From an uncultured delta proteobacterium (GTDB taxonomy: Bacteria > Desulfobacterota > Binatia > Binatales > Binataceae): a DNA stretch of 64,000 nt. The notes beneath the pieces were generated by a model. The model made no database searches and was not told the DNA's origin. It saw nothing but the letters and a program-made list of their open reading frames with translations. Shown here in pieces: positions 46,734 through 57,284 of the stretch (positions within the stretch are counted from its first letter, which is position 1; the number at the start of each line of letters is the position of its first letter). The DNA is taken from assembly GCA_963836955.1 (NCBI GenBank), contig CAWILO010000004.1, positions 152,916 through 216,915 of the forward strand, given 5' to 3'. The translations under genes were made by a program, and so were the position numbers.

Positions 46734-46973
46734 TCAAATTTCGTCGCGCAGGATTCTTGTCGCTATTACCAGTGCGGTCGCCCCTGCCGTGGACATCAGA
46801 ATCGCGCCGATGAAGTTATGCGCTTGTACACCTAACACCGCGAAGATCATTCCTCCGATCACTCCGCCGAGCAGGCCGAGCACTATGTCCGCCATCATGC
46901 CGTAGCCGTTGCCGTTGAGGATTTTGCCTGCCAGCCATCCCGAGATAAGTCCGATTAGAATCCATGCGAACAT
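46734..46973 (-). CDS. GlsB/YeaQ/YmgE family stress response membrane protein
   Basis: Start at MFAWILIGLISGWLAGKI. Glycine-zipper-rich 80-aa membrane protein. The ORF track's N-terminal extension is rejected. Confidence 0.7.
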   Translation of the reverse strand: MFAWILIGLISGWLAGKILNGNGYGMMADIVLGLLGGVIGGMIFAVLGVQAHNFIGAILMSTAGATALVIATRILRDEI

Positions 46974-47198
46974 GATTTCGCCTGCCTCCCTGATGTTTCG
47001 GCCGCTAAGCCGGAAAATCCGGCGTCGCTGCCTTAATTGGGCAGAGAGCAAGAGCGTTGCCATCGGGGATTAGAGCGAATCTGCTGATCAATTCCTTCGA
47101 AACGCGGCGTAGTCGATGCCGTGTTTCGACTGCACCGCCGCGTTGCGGCTGCGGCGGGTTGCTCGCGCTGTTGGTTTAGCTGAAACTCATCGGCGCGG

Positions 47199-48230
47199 AT
47201 GGCTGGTCGAACGAAACTACGAGGCACTATTTCCGGGTTTGGCGAGGTTGCTGCCCGGGCCCATCTGCCCGGATGGCGCACGCGCGACGGCGTTGCCATC
47301 GGCGCTATCCACGATCCTGTTTCTGAGCGGCGTCACGAAGCTATTCGGTTGATCAAGAATGTTCGCGTCTATGACGACCTCGAGTTGATGCTTGACGGTG
47401 AGGCTCCCGATTTTGTGGATGTAGCGAGTCCGCCGGGGTTCCATCATGAGGCCGCACGCCTGGCGCTTGAAGCGGGCGCGCACGTCTTGGTCGAGAAGCC
47501 GCTCGCGCTTTCGCTTGGCGAGTTCGATAGGCTTGCAGGCTTGGCCGCCGAGAAACGACGGGTCTTGATGTGCGTGCACAATTGGAAGTACGCACCGGCG
47601 TACGCGGCTACGCGCAAGGCGATCGAGGCCGGCAGGCTCGGCCCAATTCGCTTCATGTCGATCGACCGGTTGCGGACAGAGCCTGCGGGCGCTGGAGGAA
47701 GCGGTGGCAAGTGGCGCGCATCAGCGGCGTCGGGTGGCGGGATTCTGATCGATCACGGATGGCACGTTTTCTACCTGATGAACTGGCTGCTTGGAGGTGA
47801 TTCGCCGGTGTCGATATCGGCACGGCTCGAGTCGCCGGCCGGCGTCGACGTCGACGACGTGGCCGAGGTGCGAATCAGGTTCGCGAACGGATCGCTCTCT
47901 CGGGCACATCTTTCGTGGCGGGCGCCGGTGCGCAGAACTTCGGCGCTCATCTATGGAGAGCGGGCGTGTATCGAAATTGAAGGTGATCGGATGACGATTA
48001 CGGATCGCGCCGGGAAGGTTGAGGACCTGTCGCTCGCGGATGCAGCCGACGATTCATACCATTCGACATGGTTCGCCGGCGTTGCGGAAGAGTTCGAGCG
48101 AGCGGTCACCGAAGGAACCGATTCGCCCGTTGCAAGGCGCAATCTGGCCGAGGCGCGGGTCGCGCTCATGCTAATCGACGCAGCACGGAAATCGTCTATC
48201 AACAACGGCGTAGAGATATATCTCCCGTAA
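47199..48230 (+). CDS. Gfo/Idh/MocA family oxidoreductase
   Basis: N-terminal Rossmann fold (GFGEVA), EKPLA motif and C-terminal alpha/beta domain. Confidence 0.8.
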   Translation: MAGRTKLRGTISGFGEVAARAHLPGWRTRDGVAIGAIHDPVSERRHEAIRLIKNVRVYDDLELMLDGEAPDFVDVASPPGFHHEAARLALEAGAHVLVEKPLALSLGEFDRLAGLAAEKRRVLMCVHNWKYAPAYAATRKAIEAGRLGPIRFMSIDRLRTEPAGAGGSGGKWRASAASGGGILIDHGWHVFYLMNWLLGGDSPVSISARLESPAGVDVDDVAEVRIRFANGSLSRAHLSWRAPVRRTSALIYGERACIEIEGDRMTITDRAGKVEDLSLADAADDSYHSTWFAGVAEEFERAVTEGTDSPVARRNLAEARVALMLIDAARKSSINNGVEIYLP

Positions 48231-48439
48231 AATCAAATAGTTAGGCTCAAATTCAGACCTTTGCCGGTTTTAGATCGCGCTGACCGCCTGACCGCTCGGA
48301 CGGTCGCTCTTGACTTTCGGGATTGTGACGGTAAAGTTTCCATTGACCGAAAGGTTAGCCGCAATATTGAGACAAGAAGATGATGGCGGCTCGGATTATC
48401 GAACGATAGCTTACGGTCGCTACGATATCGGTTTTTCTC

Positions 48440-49150
48440 GTGGCTACGACTGACGACAGGAGAAGGGCGGGGAATCAGCCCCCGACTATGGGCGCATCGC
48501 AGATCAAAGTGGGGACATCGGAGCCGGGCAGCCAGTCGCAGGATTCGCGAGACGAGATCCTGAAGGCCGCCATGCAGCTATTTGCCAATCGCGGGTTTCA
48601 TGAGACTTCGATGTCGGAAGTGGCGCGCGAGGCGCGAGTCAGCAAGGCGCTGATTTTCTGGCATTTCAAGACCAAGGAAGACCTGTTCGTCGCCGTGCTG
48701 AACCGGCTGCTGGAGCCGTACTTTATCGATTTTACCGAAGAAGCGGCGGCGATGGACGAGCGCGCGCAGATCGAGAAGCTGGTCGAGTCTTACCTGTCGT
48801 TCGTGCGCGACAACGCCAGCTCGGTGCGATTTTTCCTCGCGCAGATGCTGCACGACCAGAAGCTGTCCGAGAGTCTCAACGAGCAGGTGCTCAGGCTGTA
48901 CAGCGGATATCGCGCGATGCTGGTCGAGCTGATCAAGAGCGCGCAGGAGAAGGGAATCTGTGCGCGGCGGTCGGCACCGGAATCGGCGGCGGCGTTTCTG
49001 CTGTCGGCGCTTAATGGATTGCTGATCGAGTATTTGTTCATGGGTGCCAACGCGATCGACCCGGAAGGGGCGGTAGCAATGGTAGGGGAATGGCTGTTCG
49101 GCCCGTCGGTCTCATCTTCATCGTCGGAAGGCGGCGCGCCAGCCGCCTGA
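48440..49150 (+). CDS. TetR/AcrR family transcriptional regulator
   Basis: HTH block FANRGFHETSMSEVAREARVSKALIFWHFKTKEDL. Directly upstream of hpnH. Confidence 0.8.
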   Translation: MATTDDRRRAGNQPPTMGASQIKVGTSEPGSQSQDSRDEILKAAMQLFANRGFHETSMSEVAREARVSKALIFWHFKTKEDLFVAVLNRLLEPYFIDFTEEAAAMDERAQIEKLVESYLSFVRDNASSVRFFLAQMLHDQKLSESLNEQVLRLYSGYRAMLVELIKSAQEKGICARRSAPESAAAFLLSALNGLLIEYLFMGANAIDPEGAVAMVGEWLFGPSVSSSSSEGGAPAA

Positions 49151-49184
49151 TTTTCTTCAACATATCCAGGAGAACGCACCAGTT

Positions 49185-50189
49185 ATGCGCATTCCATTGA
49201 GACAAATGATCGATCTCGGCCGCTACATGCGCGCGAAGAAACGAGCGGGCGAGAAATACTTTCCACTAGTGCTGATGCTCGAGCCGCTGCACGCGTGCAA
49301 CCTCGCGTGTATCGGATGCGGGCGAATCGTCGAGTACAAGGACACCATCCGCGACATGATGCCGCTTGACGAGGCGCTGCATTCGGCGGAGGAAGCAGGC
49401 GCGCCGATCGTGTCGATCTGCGGCGGCGAGCCGCTGATGTACAAGCATATCGCGGCACTGACGCGCGGGCTGATCGAGGATCAGAAACGTCACGTGATGA
49501 TCTGCACGAATGCGATCCTGCTCGAGCGATTCGTCAAGCAGGTTCCGCCGAGCACATATTTGAGCTTCAACCTGCACCTGGACGGTATGCGCGAGACCAA
49601 CGATCGCGTAACGGACAGGGTGGGGCATTTCGACATCGTCGTGAAGATGATCAAGATGCTGAAGGAAAAGGGCTACCGCGTGCAGACCAACACGACGGTG
49701 TTCCGCGAGACCAGCGGCCGGGAGCTCGAGGACATGGTCAAGTTTCTGACGAGCCTCGGCGTCGATGGGATGTTGCTGAGTCCCGGCTATCACTACCAGG
49801 TGCTGAACAACGACCAAGAGTATCTCAAGAAGGAAGAGATGCCGGCGAAGTTTATCAAGGTTCGCGACATGGCGAACGATTATAAAATCATCAACACGCC
49901 GATTTACCTGGACTACCTGGTCGGCAAGCGCGACATGCAATGCAGTCCGTGGACGACGGTGACGCGCAATCCGCAAGGATGGAAGGGGCCGTGCTACCTG
50001 ATAACGAACGGTCACTACAAGACGTTCGACGAGATGCATGCGGCGACCGACTGGGAATACTATCGAACCAAGCAGGATTTCCGCTGTCGCGACTGCAAGC
50101 TGCATTCGGGATTCGAAGGCACCGTGGCGCTCGAGTTCGGGAAGAATCTCAAGGACTCGTGGCGGATGGTGCGGCACTACGTTGCGTGA
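49185..50189 (+). CDS. hpnH: adenosyl-hopene transferase (hopanoid-associated radical SAM)
   Basis: CNLACIGCG radical SAM motif. Full-length similarity to the HpnH architecture (PLVLMLEPLHACN..., C-terminal CRDCKLHSGFE). Hopanoid gene neighbourhood. Confidence 0.85.
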   Translation: MRIPLRQMIDLGRYMRAKKRAGEKYFPLVLMLEPLHACNLACIGCGRIVEYKDTIRDMMPLDEALHSAEEAGAPIVSICGGEPLMYKHIAALTRGLIEDQKRHVMICTNAILLERFVKQVPPSTYLSFNLHLDGMRETNDRVTDRVGHFDIVVKMIKMLKEKGYRVQTNTTVFRETSGRELEDMVKFLTSLGVDGMLLSPGYHYQVLNNDQEYLKKEEMPAKFIKVRDMANDYKIINTPIYLDYLVGKRDMQCSPWTTVTRNPQGWKGPCYLITNGHYKTFDEMHAATDWEYYRTKQDFRCRDCKLHSGFEGTVALEFGKNLKDSWRMVRHYVA

Positions 50190-50238
50190 TGAATCGCAAG
50201 CGCGGTCGAAGCGGAGCGCGCTCGCGCGCGGCTAGCCC

Positions 50239-51180
50239 GTGACCCTTCCGATGTGGGACGAAGAGATTTCCCGAAAAGAGAAACGAGACGTGTTCGACTT
50301 GCACAGCTATTTGAAGGAGCGCGCGCAGTTAATCGAGCGCGCCCTCGCGCGCAGCGTCGAGGAACCCGCGGGCGCGGCGGCGCGCCTGCATGAGGCGATG
50401 CGCTACTCGCTGCTGGCAGGCGGCAAACGGCTGCGGCCAGTGCTCGTGCTCGCGTCGTGCGAGGCGGTCGGCGGGAAGATCGACGCGGCGATGGGTCTCG
50501 CGTGCGCGGTCGAGATGATTCACACCTACTCGCTGATTCACGACGACCTGCCGTGCATGGACGACGACGACATGCGCCGTGGACGCCCGACCAATCACAA
50601 AGTCTACGGCGAGGCGATCGCGACGCTTGCGGGTGACGCTCTCCTGACGGACGCATTCAAGGTGCTCGCGCTCTCGGCCGACCGGAGCGCGTCGCCATCG
50701 CTCGTGCTCGAGACTGTCGCGGAGCTTGCCACGGCGGCGGGATCCAGCGGGATGGTCGCGGGCCAGGTTATCGATCTGCTCGGCGAGGGCAAGTCGAAGA
50801 CGGTCGAGGAGCTCGAAGAACTGCACGGCAAGAAGACCGGCGCGCTGTTCCTGGCGTCGGTGCGCGGTGGTGCGCGGCTCGGCGGTGCGAGCGCGGCGCA
50901 AATCGAGTCGCTCGACGCTTACGCGCGTGCGCTCGGACTCGCGTTCCAGGTCGTCGATGACCTGCTCGACGTTCAAGGCACGACCGAGCAGATGGGCAAG
51001 CGCACACACAAGGACTTCGATCGCGGCAAAGCGACGTATCCCGCGATATTGGGAGTCGAGCGCTCGATGGATTTGGCGCGCGAGCTGGAAACGCGGGCGC
51101 ATCGCGCAATCGTGGGCTTAGGCGATCGCGCAGAACCGCTGCGGCATATCGCGACCTTCGTCGTGGAGCGCAAGCTGTGA
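50239..51180 (+). CDS. polyprenyl diphosphate synthase (FPP/GGPP synthase family)
   Basis: First and second Asp-rich motifs (IHDDLPCMDDDDMRRG and FQVVDDLLD). Confidence 0.9.
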   Translation: MTLPMWDEEISRKEKRDVFDLHSYLKERAQLIERALARSVEEPAGAAARLHEAMRYSLLAGGKRLRPVLVLASCEAVGGKIDAAMGLACAVEMIHTYSLIHDDLPCMDDDDMRRGRPTNHKVYGEAIATLAGDALLTDAFKVLALSADRSASPSLVLETVAELATAAGSSGMVAGQVIDLLGEGKSKTVEELEELHGKKTGALFLASVRGGARLGGASAAQIESLDAYARALGLAFQVVDDLLDVQGTTEQMGKRTHKDFDRGKATYPAILGVERSMDLARELETRAHRAIVGLGDRAEPLRHIATFVVERKL

Positions 51181-52244
51181 GCGCGGCCGAAGCTGCGGTG
51201 AGAGTTGCCGCGCCACATTCGCGCCAGGCCGTGCTGGTCGAACCGGGACGCCTCGAGCTGCGCGAATACGTCGCGCCGCATTCGGGACCGGGCGAGTTGC
51301 TGATTCAAATTCGGTGCGCGCTCAGTTGCGGCACCGATCTGAAGACGTTTCGGCGCGGACATCCGCTGTGGAAGCTTCCTGTAGCCTTCGGGCACGAGTT
51401 TTCCGGCGTGGTGGCGGAAGCCGGCGATGGTGTGACGGCGTTCAAAGTCGGCGACGAGATCATGGCGGCGCCGACCGCGCCATGCGGAATCTGTTTCTTC
51501 TGCCAGCATGGGCAGGAAAATCTTTGCGACGATGCGGTCGGGCGCATGGTGCTCGGTGCGTATGCGGACATGCTGCTCCTGCCGGCCCATGTCGTCGCGC
51601 GCAACACGTTTATCAAGCCTGCGGATTTGCCATTTGAAGAAGCCGCGCTGCTCGAGCCGCTCTCGTGCGTGGTTCACGCGAACGAAATGGCGCGTCCGCA
51701 AAAAAACGAGACCGTGGTGATCATCGGTGCCGGCGCGTTCGGCTTGTTGCACATGCTCGTACTGAAGGCCGCGGGCGTGCGCGAGGTCGTAGTCATCGGA
51801 CGCGGCGCCGAGCGCTTGAAATGGGCGGCCGAGATGGGCGCGGACAAGGTCGTTGACGCGCGCAACGCCGACGCTGCCGCGGAAATCGCACGGCTCAACA
51901 GCGGCTTCGGTCCAGACCTGGTGATCGAGTGCACGGGACAGGTCGAAGGCTGGCAGGATGCGGTGGCGCGAGTACGGCGTGGCGGACGCGTGGTTTTTTT
52001 CGGCGGATGTCCGCAAGGAACCGCGCTGAATGTCGATACGCGGCTGATGCATTACGACAATCTCACGTTGATGGCGCCGTTTCATTTTCGGCCGCGCGAC
52101 GTGCGGCGCGCCTATGAATTGTTGACGACGCGCGCATTGAATCCGGGGGCAATAGTCAACGCGCGAATGCCGCTCAGCGATTTGTCCAAAGTATTTGCGA
52201 TGCTCGAGCGCGGCGTGGTTTTGAAATGCGCCATTATTCCTTAG
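51177..52244 (+). CDS. zinc-dependent medium-chain alcohol dehydrogenase
   Basis: GHEFSGVV catalytic zinc region and structural-zinc Cys cluster CGICFFCQHGQENLC. GAGAFGLL Rossmann motif. Confidence 0.85.
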   Translation: MSAAEAAVRVAAPHSRQAVLVEPGRLELREYVAPHSGPGELLIQIRCALSCGTDLKTFRRGHPLWKLPVAFGHEFSGVVAEAGDGVTAFKVGDEIMAAPTAPCGICFFCQHGQENLCDDAVGRMVLGAYADMLLLPAHVVARNTFIKPADLPFEEAALLEPLSCVVHANEMARPQKNETVVIIGAGAFGLLHMLVLKAAGVREVVVIGRGAERLKWAAEMGADKVVDARNADAAAEIARLNSGFGPDLVIECTGQVEGWQDAVARVRRGGRVVFFGGCPQGTALNVDTRLMHYDNLTLMAPFHFRPRDVRRAYELLTTRALNPGAIVNARMPLSDLSKVFAMLERGVVLKCAIIP

Positions 52245-52309
52245 TCAGGTTGCGGCGAAGTTGTGGCGGTTCCCGCGGGATGCGGGCTGAGTCGAGACAG
52301 GGGTGAAAT

Positions 52310-54268
52310 ATGAGCCAGGCGATTGATATTGGAAACACGGCGATGGCGATGTCGCCGCATGACGAGTTCGTCGCGAAAGTTGACTACACAATCGAACTTG
52401 CACAGCGTTCGATGCTCGCGCTGCAGAAGCCCGAGGGCTACTGGCATGCGCCGCTCGAAGCGAACGCCGAGATGAACGCCGAGTTCATTATCTTCAACCA
52501 TTTCATGGACACGGTTGACGTCGAGCTCGAAGCGCGGCTGAAGAAGCATCTGCTCGACATTCAGAGCTCGGATGGGAGCTGGGCGCTTTACAAAGGTGGC
52601 GAAGGGTATCTTTCGCTTACAATCGAAGCGTACTTCGCGCTGAAACTCACAGGCATGCGTGCGGGTGATGAGCCGATGGCGGCGGCGCGTCGGTGGATCC
52701 TGTCGAAGGGCGGCATCGTGAATTGCGGTACGCTCGCGCGCTTTTACCTGGCGGCGATGGGACAGATTACGTGGGACGCGACTGCGGCGCTGCCGGTCGA
52801 GCTCTCACTTTTCCCGAACTGGTTCCAATTTAACATTTACGAGCTCAGTTCATGGGCGCGCGGAACGTTGATGGGATTGATGATGCTGCAGGCGGCGCGT
52901 CCCGAGAAAAAAATCGACTACCAGCGCGGAGTGCTCGAGCTGTTTATAGAGCCGCCGCACTTTACGAAGTTCAAACAGCCGCGCGGCAAGAAGACGCTGT
53001 CGCTTCGCAATGCGCTCAACTTCGCGGACAAGGCACTGCGCTTCTACGATCGGCACAAAATAAAATCTTTGCGCGCACGTGCGCTGCGTCATACCGAAAA
53101 CTGGCTGCTCGAGCATCAAGAAGCCAACGGTTCGTGGGGCGGTATCGAGCCGTGCTACCTGCTGAGCGCGATGGCTCTGAAAGCCAACGGCTACCGTAAC
53201 GACCATCCGGTGCTGAAGAAGGCGCTCGAGGCGTCGCACGAGTTGATCTGGCATTTCAACGACTACGACATGTACATGCCGTGCGTGTCGGTCAACTGGG
53301 ACACGGCGCTCGCCGGGCGCGCGCTGCTGGACTCGGGGATGCCGGGCGACCATCCGGCGGTCAAGCAGACCTCGCAGTGGCTTATCGATCATCAGATCTT
53401 CAAGAAGGGCGATTGGTCGATCAAACGGCCTGACCTCGAACCGGGTGGATGGGCATTCGAGTTTTACAACGATTGGTATCCCGATGTGGACGACTCGGCG
53501 GTGATCCTTTCAGTTTTGGCCGATTCGACTGTAGACGATGCCGCGGCTCGGGAACGGGCGATTCGGGTTGGCGCGAATTGGGTGATGGGAATGCAGTCGA
53601 GCGACGGCGGCTTCGCGGCGTTCGACACCGACAACAATTCGAGCTGGCTAAATCATCTGCCGCTGGCGGACGTCGAGGCGGTGACCGATCCGTCATGTCC
53701 CGATCTCACGGGGCATGTGCTCGAGATGATGGCGTCGGTCGGCTATCGGGCCGACCATCCGGTGGCGAAGCGCGCGATTGACTGGCTCAAGAAAAATCAA
53801 TCGGCGGCTGGCGGATGGTGGGGACGGTGGGGCATCAACTATATCTACGGCACGCACTGCGTGCTGGCGGGTCTGCGTGCGATCGGCGTCGATATGAACG
53901 AGCCGTGGATCAAGCGGTCGGTCAAGTGGCTCAAGTCGAAGCAGAATCCGGACGGCGGCTGGGGCGAGAGCCCGCTTTCGGACAAAGATCCTGCGTGGCA
54001 CGGACGCGGAGTCACCACCGCGTCACAGACGGCGTGGGCGCTGATCGGGTTGGTCGCGGGCGAGTCGGAAATCAGCGAATCCGCAATGCGCGGCGCGCAA
54101 TGGCTCTCAGAGCGGCAGAACGAAGAGGGCACGTGGGACGAGCTGGAATCGACCGGCAGCGGATTTCCGAACCATTTCTATCTTCGCTACTACATGTACG
54201 CGCATTACTTTCCGCTGATGGCGCTCGGGCGATTCCGAAAGCGGTTGGCGGAGACGGCACTGCATTGA
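52310..54268 (+). CDS. shc: squalene-hopene cyclase
   Basis: 652 aa. Multiple QW repeats, DVDDSAV (DxDD-type) catalytic motif and GGWG motifs. Confidence 0.95.
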   Translation: MSQAIDIGNTAMAMSPHDEFVAKVDYTIELAQRSMLALQKPEGYWHAPLEANAEMNAEFIIFNHFMDTVDVELEARLKKHLLDIQSSDGSWALYKGGEGYLSLTIEAYFALKLTGMRAGDEPMAAARRWILSKGGIVNCGTLARFYLAAMGQITWDATAALPVELSLFPNWFQFNIYELSSWARGTLMGLMMLQAARPEKKIDYQRGVLELFIEPPHFTKFKQPRGKKTLSLRNALNFADKALRFYDRHKIKSLRARALRHTENWLLEHQEANGSWGGIEPCYLLSAMALKANGYRNDHPVLKKALEASHELIWHFNDYDMYMPCVSVNWDTALAGRALLDSGMPGDHPAVKQTSQWLIDHQIFKKGDWSIKRPDLEPGGWAFEFYNDWYPDVDDSAVILSVLADSTVDDAAARERAIRVGANWVMGMQSSDGGFAAFDTDNNSSWLNHLPLADVEAVTDPSCPDLTGHVLEMMASVGYRADHPVAKRAIDWLKKNQSAAGGWWGRWGINYIYGTHCVLAGLRAIGVDMNEPWIKRSVKWLKSKQNPDGGWGESPLSDKDPAWHGRGVTTASQTAWALIGLVAGESEISESAMRGAQWLSERQNEEGTWDELESTGSGFPNHFYLRYYMYAHYFPLMALGRFRKRLAETALH

Positions 54269-54278
54269 GCAGGTCGCT

Positions 54279-55448
54279 ATGAAAGCGATTTCAATTCTCG
54301 GCTCGACCGGATCGGTCGGCGTTACGACACTGGACGTGGTCGGGCGATTCAGCGATCGATTTCGCGTCGTCGCGATGGCCGCGGGACGCAACCTCGATCT
54401 GCTGACGGAGCAGGTCAAGCGCTTTCAGCCCGAACTCGTCTCGGTGGCGACACCCGAACTCGCACGCGAGCTTGCGACGCGCGTCGGTTCGCAGCGTGTC
54501 ACGATTGTGCATGGACTCGAAGGCGCGATCGCCGTCGCGACGCACCCCGAGGCGAAGCTGGTGATGTCGGCGCTGGTCGGTGCGATGGGATTGCAGCCGA
54601 CGCTGGCCGCAATCAAGGCCGGCAAGGACATCGCGTTCGCAAACAAGGAAGTGCTGGTCATCGCGGGCGAGCTGATTACCGCGGCGGTGCGCGAAAATCG
54701 CGTGCGGCTGCTGCCGGTCGACAGCGAGCACAACGCGGTTTTCCAATGCCTGGAAGGGCGCGGGCGCGAGTCGTTGAAGCGGATCATTCTGACGGCGTCG
54801 GGCGGCCCGTTTCGCGAGCTGCCGGCCGACAGTTTCGAATCGATAACTGTCGAGCAAGCGCTGAAGCATCCGACCTGGGTGATGGGCAGCAAGATTACGA
54901 TCGACTCGGCGACGCTGATGAACAAGGGCCTCGAGGTGATCGAGGCGCGCTGGCTGTTCGACCTCAAGGCCGCCGAAGTATCGGTGGTGATTCATCCGCA
55001 GAGCGTCATTCACTCGATGGTCGAGATGATCGACGGCTCGGTGATTGCAGAGATGGCGATTCCCGACATGGCGATTCCGGTGGCCTACGCGCTGGCATAT
55101 CCGGAACGGTTGCCGATGACGCATCTGAAGCCGTTGTCGCTCGCGGAAAATTCGCGGCTGACGTTTGAGGAACCCGACTTGAGGCGCTTCCCGTGTCTGC
55201 GGCTGGCGTTCGACGCGCTGGCGGCGGGGAACACGATGACCGCGTGCCTCAACGCCGCCAACGAGGAACTAGTGGCGGGGTTTCTGGCGGGGCGCGTGCG
55301 TTTCATGGATATCCCGCGTCATATCGAGACGGTGATGAATCGACATCACAATTCGCCGGCGCGGACGATCGAAGATTTGCTGGAGACCGACGGATGGGCG
55401 CGAGCCGCTGCGCGCGAACTTATCGGAGCGCGGCCGGTCGCAGCCTGA
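54279..55448 (+). CDS. dxr: 1-deoxy-D-xylulose 5-phosphate reductoisomerase
   Basis: ILGSTGSVG N-terminal NADPH motif. The LPVDSEHNA and ANKE blocks. Confidence 0.95.
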   Translation: MKAISILGSTGSVGVTTLDVVGRFSDRFRVVAMAAGRNLDLLTEQVKRFQPELVSVATPELARELATRVGSQRVTIVHGLEGAIAVATHPEAKLVMSALVGAMGLQPTLAAIKAGKDIAFANKEVLVIAGELITAAVRENRVRLLPVDSEHNAVFQCLEGRGRESLKRIILTASGGPFRELPADSFESITVEQALKHPTWVMGSKITIDSATLMNKGLEVIEARWLFDLKAAEVSVVIHPQSVIHSMVEMIDGSVIAEMAIPDMAIPVAYALAYPERLPMTHLKPLSLAENSRLTFEEPDLRRFPCLRLAFDALAAGNTMTACLNAANEELVAGFLAGRVRFMDIPRHIETVMNRHHNSPARTIEDLLETDGWARAAARELIGARPVAA

Positions 55449-55452
55449 GACG

Positions 55453-56379
55453 ATGGCAAGCGCGCGGGCCAACGTGCAAAGCGGGGGAACGTCGTACGCG
55501 GCGAGTGCGGCGCGCGACGCGTCGACGCCGGCGGGAACGTTCGACGTCGCGAGCGCGTACGAATTCTGCTCGCGCCTGGCGAAATCGCACTACGAAAATT
55601 TCACGGTCGCGTCGTGGCTGATGCCGCGCGCGATGCGTCCGCCTATGTACGCGATTTACGCGTACGCGCGGATGGCCGACGATTTTGCCGATGAGCATCA
55701 CGACCGCGGGATGCTCGACGAGTGGGAGCGCGAGCTCGACCTGGCGTACGCCGGCACGCCGCGCCATCCGGTGTTTATCGCGCTCGCGGACACGGTGCGG
55801 CGATTTGAAATTCCGCGCGAGCCTTTCAAGGACCTGCTGACCGCCTTTCGATCCGACGTTGATTTCAAAGGCTTCGACACGATCGACGATCTGCTCGGTT
55901 ACTCGCGCTACTCGGCGAATCCAGTCGGCCGGCTGGTGCTTTACCTGTTCGGCTATCGCGACGCCGAGCGGCAGCATCTGTCGGACCTGGTTTGCAGCGG
56001 ATTGCAGCTCGCCAACTTCTGGCAGGACGTGGCGGTCGACCTCGACAAGGGACGAATTTATTTTCCGCGCCGCGACATGGAAAGATTCGGAGTGACGCCG
56101 GCGGACCTGGCGGCGCATACGTGCTCGCGCGAGTTCACGGATTTGATGCGTCATGAAGTGGGCGTCGCGCGCGCGATGCTGGTGGAGGGAGGGGAATTGC
56201 ACAAGCTGGTGGACAAGCGCCTGCGACGCGACATCGTGATGTTCGCGGGCGGTGGGCTGGCGATTCTACGCGCGATCGAGCGCGTCAAATACGACGTGTT
56301 CCGGATGCGTCCGGAACTTGCGAAACTCGACTACCTGAAACTCGGATGGAGTGCGATTTGTGGCCGGCTTGAAGCTTGA
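55453..56379 (+). CDS. hpnC: squalene synthase HpnC (squalene/phytoene synthase family)
   Basis: ENFTVASWL..., YAYARMADDFADE (first Asp-rich motif) and WQDVAVDLDKGRIYFP (second motif). First of the hpnC/D/E triplet. Confidence 0.85.
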   Translation: MASARANVQSGGTSYAASAARDASTPAGTFDVASAYEFCSRLAKSHYENFTVASWLMPRAMRPPMYAIYAYARMADDFADEHHDRGMLDEWERELDLAYAGTPRHPVFIALADTVRRFEIPREPFKDLLTAFRSDVDFKGFDTIDDLLGYSRYSANPVGRLVLYLFGYRDAERQHLSDLVCSGLQLANFWQDVAVDLDKGRIYFPRRDMERFGVTPADLAAHTCSREFTDLMRHEVGVARAMLVEGGELHKLVDKRLRRDIVMFAGGGLAILRAIERVKYDVFRMRPELAKLDYLKLGWSAICGRLEA

Positions 56380-57283
56380 CGGCAACGACGCCGGCGTCGA
56401 GGAAGTCGCGGGCCGCGAGGACGTGTCGCTCGCCGCCGACTACGAACGCTGCGCGCAAATCACACGGCGCTCGCGCTCCAGTTTTTACTACGCGTTCATT
56501 CTGCTGCCGCCCGAGCGGCGCCGGGCGCTCCACGCAGTTTACGCCTTCTGCCGTTTCATCGACGACATCGCCGACGACGAGGCGATTCGCGAGCCCGCGC
56601 TGTTGCTTCGACGGTGGCGCGAGGAACTTGATCGCGTCTATGAGGGCGCGCCGACCCGCGCACTTTCCCGTGCGCTCGCCGACAGCGCGCGACGATTCAA
56701 GATTCCGCGGGAGTTGTTCGAGGAAATTATCAACGGCGTCGAGATGGATCTTTCGCGCAAGCGCTACCAGAGCTGGGAAGAGCTGCAGCCGTACTGCTAT
56801 CGCGTCGCGTCGGCGTTAGGTCTTATCTGCATCGAGATTTTCGGCTATCGCAATTCGTCGGCGAAGATTTACGCGGAGAACCTCGGACTCGCACTTCAAT
56901 TGACGAATATTTTGCGCGACGTGCGCGAGGACGCCGAACGTGGACGGATTTATCTTCCGCTGGAGGAGCTCGCGCGCTTCAAGGTTGGCGAGGACGAGAT
57001 TCTCGGCGGCGTGTACTCGGCGAATTTCGTCAACCTGATGGACTTCGAAGCCAGGCGCGCGCAGGAGCTTTACGCGAATGCGCAGAACGCGCTCGCGCCG
57101 GAGGATCGCGCAACCCTGCTGACAGCAGAGGCGATGCGGCTCATCTACGCCGCGCTGCTCGGAAGAATTATCAAGTCGAACTATCGCGTGCTTGACCGCC
57201 GCCACAGCCTCTCCGCGCCGCACAAGCTCTACCTGGTCGGCCGCGCGTGGGCGGTGGGACGCCTCGGCGCGCTGCGCGGCTAG
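56351..57283 (+). CDS. hpnD: presqualene diphosphate synthase HpnD
   Basis: YERCAQITRRSRSSFYYAF, FCRFIDDIADD and LRDVREDAERGRIYLP motifs. Start uncertain (overlaps the hpnC end). Confidence 0.85.
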   Translation: MRFVAGLKLDGNDAGVEEVAGREDVSLAADYERCAQITRRSRSSFYYAFILLPPERRRALHAVYAFCRFIDDIADDEAIREPALLLRRWREELDRVYEGAPTRALSRALADSARRFKIPRELFEEIINGVEMDLSRKRYQSWEELQPYCYRVASALGLICIEIFGYRNSSAKIYAENLGLALQLTNILRDVREDAERGRIYLPLEELARFKVGEDEILGGVYSANFVNLMDFEARRAQELYANAQNALAPEDRATLLTAEAMRLIYAALLGRIIKSNYRVLDRRHSLSAPHKLYLVGRAWAVGRLGALRG

Positions 57284-57284
57284 A

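Noticed and set aside
57192-57284. N-terminal extension of hpnE ORF
   Set aside because: Overlaps the hpnD C-terminus. The FAD-binding motif MASAKKDAVVIGAGFAG marks the true start at 57285.
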